Source of the DNA: Candidatus Aenigmatarchaeota archaeon
GTDB lineage: Archaea > Aenigmatarchaeota > Aenigmatarchaeia > GW2011-AR5 > JAHLMP01
Assembly (NCBI GenBank): GCA_039091735.1
Contig: JAWCLB010000004.1
Coordinates: 1 to 60,982, forward strand
DNA length: 60,982 nucleotides
Direction: 5' to 3'
Shown here: positions 1 to 7,474 of the stretch, one piece after another
How the letters are laid out: the number at the start of each line of letters is the position of its first letter
How positions within the stretch are numbered: position 1 is the stretch's first letter
Notes under the pieces: generated by a model
What the model was told of the DNA's origin: nothing
What the model saw: the letters and a program-made list of their open reading frames with translations, nothing else
Database searches by the model: none
Position numbers and translations under genes: made by a program

Positions 1-207
1 GCTAAGTAACTGCTCAGGATTGCGATCAGAGGTATCGCAATCATCGGCCTCGGAGCCGCTGTAGTCTTTATCACTCAAAGGAGGAGGTTGGTGAAGTGAA
101 GAGGCATGGAGAGGTGACAACTGGATTTAATCCTGAAAATAAACCCCTTTACATTTATATTTGACATTCAATGATGAAGTTAAATAATTAAAAAAGATGT
201 TAAATTT

Positions 208-624
208 ATGAAAAAATTTGAGTTTATCGATATAACAACAGCAGATGTGGCTTTTTTGGCTTATGGCAAAGACCTGAACGAACTTTTTGAAAATGCTGCC
301 TTAGCTATGTTTGAAGTTATGATAAACACAAAACACGTTAAGCCTATAATAAAGAGGGAAGTTAAATGCGAAGGAAATGATATAAATTCTTTGATGTTCA
401 GGTGGCTCAACGAGCTCTTGGTTTTTGTGGATTCTGAAAATCTTGCCTTCTCATCTTTTAATGTAAAGATAGAGGATAAAACCCTCAGAGCAATCTGCAA
501 GGGCGAGAAAATAGACGAAAAGAAACATGAATTAAGAACAGAGGTAAAGGCAGCGACAATGCATTTGATGCGAATTGTAAAGGTTAATACAAACTGGGAA
601 GCTCGTATTATTTTGGATATCTAA
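208..624 (+). CDS. Archease (RtcB tRNA ligase cofactor)
   Basis: N-terminal FEFIDITTADV, LNELFENAALAMF and C-terminal EVKAATMH...ARIILDI motifs; typical length. Confidence 0.93.
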   Translation: MKKFEFIDITTADVAFLAYGKDLNELFENAALAMFEVMINTKHVKPIIKREVKCEGNDINSLMFRWLNELLVFVDSENLAFSSFNVKIEDKTLRAICKGEKIDEKKHELRTEVKAATMHLMRIVKVNTNWEARIILDI

Positions 625-732
625 GTAATATTTGCTAATAGAGTCTAACCTCTACATTGTCACAGTGAAAGGGTTTGATGACAAGATTAAGAGGAGTAGG
701 GTTGAGAAGTTAGTAATGTTGAGATAAATTTC

Positions 733-1302
733 TCATGGTGGATTTGTGCAAGGCTCATCTCCAAAGTATTTATACCACCAATTCTCGTTAAGAGGAAGCT
801 CACAGCTTCCCCATGGATATTTAGCTTCTTTTTGCATTATTTCCACAACCTTTTGATTAAGATCAAAACCATTATGTCTTTCGGCATAATACTGGCATAG
901 ATATTCTCTGCATTTTGACCATGTTATTGTTTCATTATTTTCTGAGCAAACATAAAAATGCGGGCAGAAGATTGCATCCTCACAAACAGGCCAAGGCTCT
1001 ATAAAAGCAAGCCCTTCCAGTGATTTAATCATATCAACTTTTCCAGGATTCAGTAAGTTACTGGTTTTTGGTGGTAATACTCTATTTGAGCAGAATAGAA
1101 CAGCCAATCCAACATTACCAGTTGCAAAATACTCTCTACATCTACCTTCGCATGATACCCTTTTCTCCTTAATAATTATTTCGGGTATATTAACCCATTT
1201 CATGCAGCCACCACAGATATATGCTCTGGCTACTAAGATTACTATTCCTACCATAGCAGCAATAATCAAAAGAATCAACAAGCCTATTATTACCTTGCGC
1301 AT
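733..1302 (-). CDS. Membrane-anchored or secreted Cys-rich protein, last gene of the pilin-like cluster
   Basis: MRK followed by a long hydrophobic stretch; many Cys; same strand as the cluster. Confidence 0.75.
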   Translation of the reverse strand: MRKVIIGLLILLIIAAMVGIVILVARAYICGGCMKWVNIPEIIIKEKRVSCEGRCREYFATGNVGLAVLFCSNRVLPPKTSNLLNPGKVDMIKSLEGLAFIEPWPVCEDAIFCPHFYVCSENNETITWSKCREYLCQYYAERHNGFDLNQKVVEIMQKEAKYPWGSCELPLNENWWYKYFGDEPCTNPP

Positions 1303-1537
1303 CTATCAACCTTTTCTCTAACAATAATTATTTAAGTATCCAATCTATTAAAAGCTTATTGACAAATGCACTGCTCAAGATGAAGGCAGAGTTCATCTCA
1401 GAAGAGAGGATTCCATTTTATAGAATTTTATAAAACGCTATCCTTTTTTGTTTAATATTTTAGATAAGAAGCAAAGAAAACTATGAGATGCAATTCCTTT
1501 ATAGAACAAAATATTGAAAGCGAGTAATTCTTGAGAT

Positions 1538-1663
1538 TTAGGAGAAGAGAGAAGACAAAAACTCGAATCCACCGGTGGCATTCAATATTTTTGAGATAAT
1601 GAAGAAAAAGAGCGCTATTATTAACACAAACAAAATAGCTTTCAATAATAATTTCATGTCCAT
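1538..1663 (-). CDS. Small single-TM protein (41 aa, MDMKLLLKAILFVLIIALFFFIISKILNATGGFEFLSSLFS)
   Basis: Read manually, below the ORF-track cutoff; begins 13 nt after the previous stop, with a GGCGA SD-like site. Confidence 0.6.
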   Translation of the reverse strand: MDMKLLLKAILFVLIIALFFFIISKILNATGGFEFLSSLFS

Positions 1664-1676
1664 TTTGATCTCGCCA

Positions 1677-1958
1677 CTAAATGCATCTTCCGATGCTCAT
1701 ATCACATTTATTTTTGCAGTGCGCATCAACAAAGCATGTGCATTCGCCCAAAACACAAACACCAATTCTCTCTTTGTTGATAATGCAGTCGTTATCGCTC
1801 CCGCATGAGTTTGGTCTTCTCTCTAAGACAGTTTTCTGGACATTTGAGAACATGCCAAAGTTGATTTCACCTGTGAAGAGCTTGTAAACAGTAATTAATG
1901 CTAAAATAGTTATCATCACCCCTACTCCGAATCCTAGCATTGTATATACATCTGCCAA
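1677..1958 (-). CDS. Small membrane protein with C-terminal Cys-rich module
   Basis: TTG start after GGTGGTG; N-terminal TM; CGSDNDC...CVLGECTC...HCKNKC...GRC. Confidence 0.75.
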   Translation of the reverse strand: MADVYTMLGFGVGVMITILALITVYKLFTGEINFGMFSNVQKTVLERRPNSCGSDNDCIINKERIGVCVLGECTCFVDAHCKNKCDMSIGRCI

Positions 1959-1979
1959 TTAACACCACCACTTTTATAT

Positions 1980-3392
1980 CTATTTCTCTGTTCTGACAAA
2001 CTTCCATTCTACCCAATCGTTATTTGTCATTTCAAGATCATCCCAAGTTCCATCACCAAGGTCTATTCCTGCTGGGTTTAAGACAAGCCTCTGCGTTCCT
2101 GGGTTTCCTGTTTTTGGATCATAAGGGATTCTTTCATATTTTTGTTTCTCTTTATTATATCCTGACCTCGATACAGTGTAATTATAGTGCCATCCTTCAT
2201 AATAAGCTGCCTGGGCCATTGGCTCACACAATTCAGGAAAATTATTCTTTAGAGAATACTCATCAACCCCCCATGTATCTCTCTCAGCCTCCCAATAATT
2301 ATCCTTTTCGTTCCATGGTCCTACATCTAAAACAGGAACTATAACACTCTTGCCAGTCTTTGGATATGTAACCTTAATCTTTACAGGATTATCAAGATAG
2401 CGCTCTCCTTCAGGTGCACTAAATCTGTATGGAAGGGCGGCAAGTCTATCCTTCTCTTTTATTTTATAATTATATGCAGTGATTTTGCCAACCAAACCAA
2501 GACGCGTTGCAAAAACCTTGCATCCCTCTTCTTTAATTTTCCATTTTCCTATTCCATTCTCAAAATTACATTTATATTTTTCTTCTCCTGCTAAAATCTC
2601 CGCGCCATCATTATCTTCTGTACACGCCCACCACATTGCTTCGCTATCAGAATAACCGCATATAATCCCATACTTTACCTTGTAAACATAATCTCCCAAC
2701 TCATTTTTCTGCAATAAGTGGCAACACCCATCTCTTGGACACATTTCATGATATTTTTTGAATTCTTCGCATTTATCGAATGCCCCTGAACCAAATCCAG
2801 CATCTAGCGTTGGTGTTACATCATTGCATATAGTTGTTCCGAAGCATCCCACTGAAGAGATAACAGTATATTCTCCTTTCGTTCCATCTTGCCTTATGCA
2901 ATCGCATTTGCCCTCATAACTAGCGAGTACATCTTTCAGATTTCTCATACCATCTTGAATTATTGTGCCCTGATTCACATAAAATATTCTATTCCCTCCT
3001 CTATGTATTGTAGGAGCTAATCCGCTGTGGTCTGAAACAAAGACTGCACATTTATCGCCTTTCCAGTTCTTTGGAGCAAAATATGCTTTTGCCTCACCCT
3101 TAGCAAGAGGATTTACAACCATATGTTCTATGCTGTCCAATAAATGAAACTCGTATATATACACCATTCCATAATCAGGTCTTCCTCTTTCCTGAACATT
3201 TTGTAAGTAGATATGAACTGCCTCGTGTCCCTGAGTTAAATTTATTGATCTCCAACCTTCTCCAGAAAGGCCAGAAAGAAGCTCATTAAAGGTTCTGACT
3301 ATGCCTCCTGGATTAAACAAAACTATGCTCAATGCTAAAACCCCAACAAATATTATAATCATTGTGAGCAGATTCATTGACATTGATTTCAT
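1980..3392 (-). CDS. Pilin-like (class III signal) Cys-rich protein with C-terminal RlpA-like DPBB (lytic transglycosylase-like) domain
   Basis: Likely start MKS|MSMNLLTMIIIFVG immediately after the upstream stop. C-terminal motifs GKITA..AALP..KIKVTYPKTGKSVIVPVLDVGPW..GIDLG match the RlpA/DPBB pattern. Confidence 0.75.
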   Translation of the reverse strand: MKSMSMNLLTMIIIFVGVLALSIVLFNPGGIVRTFNELLSGLSGEGWRSINLTQGHEAVHIYLQNVQERGRPDYGMVYIYEFHLLDSIEHMVVNPLAKGEAKAYFAPKNWKGDKCAVFVSDHSGLAPTIHRGGNRIFYVNQGTIIQDGMRNLKDVLASYEGKCDCIRQDGTKGEYTVISSVGCFGTTICNDVTPTLDAGFGSGAFDKCEEFKKYHEMCPRDGCCHLLQKNELGDYVYKVKYGIICGYSDSEAMWWACTEDNDGAEILAGEEKYKCNFENGIGKWKIKEEGCKVFATRLGLVGKITAYNYKIKEKDRLAALPYRFSAPEGERYLDNPVKIKVTYPKTGKSVIVPVLDVGPWNEKDNYWEAERDTWGVDEYSLKNNFPELCEPMAQAAYYEGWHYNYTVSRSGYNKEKQKYERIPYDPKTGNPGTQRLVLNPAGIDLGDGTWDDLEMTNNDWVEWKFVRTEK

Positions 3393-3393
3393 T

Positions 3394-4656
3394 TTAATCG
3401 CAATCCTCAGAGCATGTTTCTTTGCTCTCTCCACATTCGCATAATCCATCGCCGCAATAACCCAAAGTAAATTTTGCTGAGTATGACAAGGCTTGTCGAG
3501 GGAATTCGTGCCTTTCTGGAAGTCTCATCTCGTGAGTTACATCTTCTGCACAGTCAAGATAGCGACGATTACATGCATAATAGTGTTCGACTAGAGGATC
3601 ACAAAGAAGTAATTTACACTCATTTGGGTTTTTAATTATTAATTTATATCCAGCATCCAACATATTTTTGGCATCTTTTCTTATTGCCCTTATATCAATT
3701 CGTATTTGATTTTTATTAAGACTCGAAACTTTTTCAGGGGTAAACCATGAATACTGAAACATTAAATTCTTCTCACAATCTTTAGGATTATCGCATATCC
3801 AAATAGCTCTAGAGTTTTCATACGCTTCATAATAGCCATATTTAACATCACTGTTGTCTGTCTTATCCCATGCCCTTGGGCATATCTCCAGTTTACAAGA
3901 GCCTATTTCAAAAAGGTCACATGCGGGTTCAGTAGACCATAACTCTCTTTCAACTCTTATCCTTTCTCCTTTTTCCCAATCAAATGCAAGGTCTTCAATT
4001 ATTTCACCTACTGTTATAATTCCTGCATCCCATTTTATATTATCTTTTCCATCACAAAATAATATGCATGCCTTCCCCTCTATATCATCACATGAATAAT
4101 CATAATATTGCTTACCAAATTCATCTTCTTTGCATACCCTACCACATTCTTTATTTCCAAAATCTTCCATGCCACAAAGCTCAGTATTTAACTTAAGCCC
4201 CCATGCAGTAATTATCCATTCATTGACTATTCTTTCAGATGGGCAATATTCCCTCAAATCATAATCCTCACATCTTGTTTTGATTACTTTTATAGGATTT
4301 TTCGAAAAAAACCTTGTCAGCTCTGGATTTATCGGTGGCGGTATTCTGTCTTTGCAACAATCACAATTCTTGCAATTAATCCACAGAGATTGTATTATCT
4401 TAGTTATTATCAAAGACGTCTGGTACGTGTCACACTCCCAATATTTGTCTTTTTTAACGCATTTCTCACTTAGCTGAGCGTTTATGTCTTCTATGTCCTT
4501 TTCAACCCTCGCTTTCATAGCATCCATTCTAGCCCTTTCTAAACCACCATGAGCAGCCCATATCAACGCGAAAATTCCACCAAAGACAATAAAAAGGGGT
4601 ATAATGATCTTTACTATGATGTTGAAAATCTGCTCATGGCCCAACTGACCCTTCAT
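3394..4656 (-). CDS. Pilin-like protein with class III signal peptide, Cys-rich, C-terminal CGDGxC repeat
   Basis: MKG|QLGHEQ followed by a hydrophobic helix; start overlaps the upstream stop (TGATG); ends CGDGLCECGESKETCSEDCD. Confidence 0.8.
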   Translation of the reverse strand: MKGQLGHEQIFNIIVKIIIPLFIVFGGIFALIWAAHGGLERARMDAMKARVEKDIEDINAQLSEKCVKKDKYWECDTYQTSLIITKIIQSLWINCKNCDCCKDRIPPPINPELTRFFSKNPIKVIKTRCEDYDLREYCPSERIVNEWIITAWGLKLNTELCGMEDFGNKECGRVCKEDEFGKQYYDYSCDDIEGKACILFCDGKDNIKWDAGIITVGEIIEDLAFDWEKGERIRVERELWSTEPACDLFEIGSCKLEICPRAWDKTDNSDVKYGYYEAYENSRAIWICDNPKDCEKNLMFQYSWFTPEKVSSLNKNQIRIDIRAIRKDAKNMLDAGYKLIIKNPNECKLLLCDPLVEHYYACNRRYLDCAEDVTHEMRLPERHEFPRQALSYSAKFTLGYCGDGLCECGESKETCSEDCD

Positions 4657-4859
4657 CAGCACACACCACACAATTCACATTTAATAGGATTGATTAAAGG
4701 TATCTTATTGATTACTCTTGCCATTGGCTTGCATATCCACTTACATATGTTGCAGACGCTCTCACTCATCTGCCCGAAGATTACAAGCAATACGGCCAAA
4801 AATATGATTGCTAATATTATTACAACCAGAATGCTGAGCCCTGTAACAGCAGCCTTCAT
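4656..4859 (-). CDS. Small pilin-like protein (class III signal peptide)
   Basis: MKA|AVTGLSILVVIILAIIF; GGTGA SD; Cys-rich tail. Confidence 0.75.
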   Translation of the reverse strand: MKAAVTGLSILVVIILAIIFLAVLLVIFGQMSESVCNICKWICKPMARVINKIPLINPIKCELCGVC

Positions 4860-4866
4860 TTTTATC

Positions 4867-4971
4867 TCACCCAATAAAATTGCCGACTTTTGAAATAAAT
4901 AAAATCATCAGAACAGCTATTGCCGTTACCATTATGACTGCAAATAGTGTCCACCATGCAATTCCTTTCAT
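4867..4971 (-). CDS. Very small pilin-like peptide (34 aa, MKGIAWWTLFAVIMVTAIAVLMILFISKVGNFIG)
   Basis: Read manually; KG| cleavage motif plus hydrophobic helix; GGTG SD; tightly packed in the operon. Confidence 0.65.
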   Translation of the reverse strand: MKGIAWWTLFAVIMVTAIAVLMILFISKVGNFIG

Positions 4972-4984
4972 AAGGCACCACTTA

Positions 4985-5101
4985 TCAGATTGTAATCTCT
5001 AAAAATTTATAGCTATAGAGATAAAATATGCCTATTAAGATGGCAATAATAGCCATAACTAATGCAAGCCACATAACTGTTCTTATAGTCTCTTTCTCCA
5101 T
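4985..5101 (-). CDS. Small single-TM protein (38 aa, MEKETIRTVMWLALVMAIIAILIGIFYLYSYKFLEITI), first gene of the cluster
   Basis: Read manually; single TM; AT-rich TATA-like sequence upstream. Confidence 0.6.
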   Translation of the reverse strand: MEKETIRTVMWLALVMAIIAILIGIFYLYSYKFLEITI

Positions 5102-5254
5102 ATAATTATCTTATTTTTATCCTTTTTATTAATTAATCAAAAATAGATGGATTTTAATAGAAAAAATTTTATCTAACTCTATCAGCTAGGACAGGCCTGT
5201 GAAAGCTTGGAGCTACAGCCAACAAATGTAAATATCTCCTTTGTTAAGACGCTA

Positions 5255-5409
5255 AAATTCAATGTCGATAATGTGGCAGAGTAAATGCAGACTATATACT
5301 TGTAAAAATTATTAAAGAGCCTTGGGGTTATCTCTAAAGATGTAGCTATTGTAAATTAGCTTTAGAGTGTTGATAATAGAAGTTCCTTTTGATAGATGTA
5401 ATAGTTCAC
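5255..5409 (+). mobile_element. Degraded IS200/IS605 (IS1341/TnpB) 3' remnant with right end
   Basis: Frameshifted fragments resemble the TnpB C-terminus (F.C..CG..NADY...CKN...RALG); ends in TAGTTCAC, typical of IS605-family right ends. Confidence 0.45.
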
Positions 5410-5434
5410 TTATGGCAAAGGTTATGAGCAGGGT

Positions 5435-5680
5435 TTACTTCAGGATTTTATCTTTTAACCTTTTTATTTCCTTAGGTTCTTCAACTAGCTTGGCTTTATG
5501 CAACTTGTAAAGAAGAGGGATTACCCCACAGTGTTCGCATATGCCCCAACCGCACTTACCCCCATTTTCTTGGGATAGTTTGTGACACATGGCAAGTTCT
5601 CTCTCAAATACTTCTTGGTTTATAATGTTTTTTTGAAGTCCAGTCCTGCAGGTTAGTTTATTGGTCATAGGTTGCCTCAT
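5435..5680 (-). CDS. Conserved-looking hypothetical Cys-containing protein
   Basis: Clean ORF with C..(GGKCGWGICEHCGVIPLLYKLHK), a possible metal site. Confidence 0.7.
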   Translation of the reverse strand: MRQPMTNKLTCRTGLQKNIINQEVFERELAMCHKLSQENGGKCGWGICEHCGVIPLLYKLHKAKLVEEPKEIKRLKDKILK

Positions 5681-5705
5681 TTAAAAAATTCTATGTTATG
5701 TCTCT

Positions 5706-5990
5706 TTATTCTTGCTTCTCTTTTTCTACCTCAAATAATGATGGAGAAATTGATTTTATAATTACTATTTCTCCTATTGACTGGACCATCTGAAACGGAA
5801 TAACTACTCCTTTTTTGGATCCAACTATATCAGAAAGGAAAGAGCCTTTTATTGTATCGACCACAATTGCCCTTACACGAAACTTTTCAAGGTCTAATTC
5901 GAGGTCATTTATCTTTCCGCAATATGCTCCCTTGTCAGTGAATACATCCTTCCCAATCAATTCAGAAAACTCTTCAATTGTTGTCATCAT
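5706..5990 (-). CDS. PRC-barrel domain protein (CdpB-like)
   Basis: LIGKDVFTDKGAYCGKINDLELD...GVVIPFQMVQSIGEIVIIK signature. Confidence 0.88.
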   Translation of the reverse strand: MMTTIEEFSELIGKDVFTDKGAYCGKINDLELDLEKFRVRAIVVDTIKGSFLSDIVGSKKGVVIPFQMVQSIGEIVIIKSISPSLFEVEKEKQE

Positions 5991-6054
5991 TGAGCACCTT
6001 TTTATAATTCTTATTTAATGCTAAAAAGATTTAAATACTTTTCAGGTAGAGAAA

Positions 6055-6153
6055 TGGGCCCGAGGAGATTTTCATTTTAATTTGAACTCCTGTCACGAGC
6101 TCCCTTTGAGCCTTTTATAAGCTCGGATCCTAGCCAAGCTAGACGACGGACCC
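6055..6153 (-). tRNA. tRNA-Pro with two non-canonical introns (33/34 at 6106-6118; 59/60 at 6069-6080); spliced anticodon AGG
   Basis: GGGTCCG/CGGGCCC acceptor stem, GTCTAGCTTGGCTAGGAT D arm, CGAGC/GCTCG anticodon stem, AGGAG-TTCAAAT-CTCCT T arm. Both inserts form BHB-like motifs; spliced length 74 nt. Confidence 0.85.
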
Positions 6154-6250
6154 AAAATATCTTAATAAAAATATTTCGCTCATATAAATAATAGTATTGG
6201 TTGTATTCAAAATTTTAAGTATGACAAATAACGTTATATATATGAGCGAA

Positions 6251-6988
6251 ATGAATATTTGTGTAATCTCTGATTTGGAGGATTTTTATGTTGCACAGAT
6301 TTTTGGAAAAATTTATGAAATTTATAAACATAATATAAATACATTGAATGTTAGAGTTAAAAATTTCTCTATCATTGAAGCATGCTTTAAAATTTATGTT
6401 CTTGATTCAAATTTAAGGGATACAATTTTTATTTGTGTTATTGACCCTTATGTTGGAACAGAAAGAAAGGTTAAAATTATAAAAAAAGGGAAAAATTTTT
6501 TAATCGGACCGGATAATGGAATTTTCTCATTAATTGAAAATTTTGAAAAAATTATTGAGGTTGATACAAAAAAATTTAATGCTTCAGCGACATTTCATGG
6601 AAGGGATATATTTGCTGTAATAGCAGGAAAAATCTTAAAAGGAGAAAAAATAGAAAATTTTGGAAAAGAATGTTCAGGAATAGAAAAATTGGATTTAAAA
6701 AATAGAATTTTATATATTGATGAATTTGGAAGCATAATAACTTCTATAAAAAATGGGGAAATTAAGGCAAATCTTGGAGAAATTTTAAAGGTAAAAATAA
6801 GCAATGAAAAAGATAAAAAAGGAAAAATTTTTGAAGCAAAATTTGTAAGAACATTTGCTGATGAAAAGGAAAAACTTATTATTTACAAAGGGAGTTCTGG
6901 ATTTTTGGAAATTGGAAAATTTATGGATAATACAGCAAAAATTTTAAATGTAAATATTGAAGATAGAATTGAAATTTTAAATTTATAA
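6251..6988 (+). CDS. SAM hydroxide adenosyltransferase (DUF62, SalL/fluorinase superfamily)
   Basis: IDPYVGTERK, IGPDNGIF, TFHGRDIFA, YIDEFGS and GSSGFLEI motifs; likely start MNICVISD; visibly more AT-rich than its neighbours. Confidence 0.9.
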   Translation: MNICVISDLEDFYVAQIFGKIYEIYKHNINTLNVRVKNFSIIEACFKIYVLDSNLRDTIFICVIDPYVGTERKVKIIKKGKNFLIGPDNGIFSLIENFEKIIEVDTKKFNASATFHGRDIFAVIAGKILKGEKIENFGKECSGIEKLDLKNRILYIDEFGSIITSIKNGEIKANLGEILKVKISNEKDKKGKIFEAKFVRTFADEKEKLIIYKGSSGFLEIGKFMDNTAKILNVNIEDRIEILNL

Positions 6989-7004
6989 TTTTCTTTATCT
7001 AGCT

Positions 7005-7296
7005 GATATTTAGCTTTTCTACAATATTTTTAATACTATTTTGATTAAGATTACGATAATAACAAAGCAAAGCCTCAACGGAATTTTCATATCTTCAAAA
7101 ACTGCATCTGTCTCAACATTAAAGGTTGCATTACAATCCTTACATAAATATCTTGATAGCTACCTTTTTATGTTCATATTTGATTGTGTTGCTCGACTTA
7201 CATGGATAAACTACGCAATTTTCCATAGTTTTTAAAAAACATAGGTTCTTCATCTGTGATGTCATAAACACTTTTCATCTGTAGAAATTTTGCCAT
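7005..7296 (-). pseudogene. IS1595-family transposase N-terminal remnant
   Basis: Frameshifted pieces MKSVYDITDEE...CKSSNTIK...YLCKDCNATFNVETDAVFEDMKIPL match the IS1595 Zn-ribbon region. Confidence 0.7.
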
Positions 7297-7474
7297 TTTG
7301 CTTTAAACACAAAATTAATTTACTGCTAATAATGTTTATATGAGCGAAATATTTTAGATTTCATACTAGGATGCTATAAAGATTAAAGAGTATTCATTTC
7401 ATAATTTTTATAAACCACGAATAATTGAATATTCTCAAAATATTTATAAAGATTTATAATAATTATAAAATAAT

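Larger units (their letters stand above)
6177..7346. mobile_element. Non-autonomous IS1595-family (ISH4-like) unit carrying a DUF62 passenger gene
   Basis: Terminal IRs CGCTCATATAAA / TTTATATGAGCG; 8-bp direct repeat AAATATTT at 6169-6176 and 7347-7354; extra internal IR copy ending at 6248; transposase remnant inside. Confidence 0.8.

Noticed and set aside
1-99. GC-richer stretch with hairpins (GATTGCGAT/ATCGCAATC; CGGC/GCCG) and a frame reading like a TM anchor plus RRR tail
   Set aside because: At the window edge and preceded by an in-frame TAA; a gene remnant cannot be distinguished from an RNA structure.
640-705. Possible hairpin or C/D-like RNA between archease and the convergent ORF
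   Set aside because: Short imperfect stems and no complete C/D box pair.
6055-6153. Reading the tRNA as Ile(TAT) with a canonical 37/38 intron
   Set aside because: This reading needs a shifted, mismatched anticodon stem and gives no BHB. The D arm and G35-G36-G37 fit Pro.
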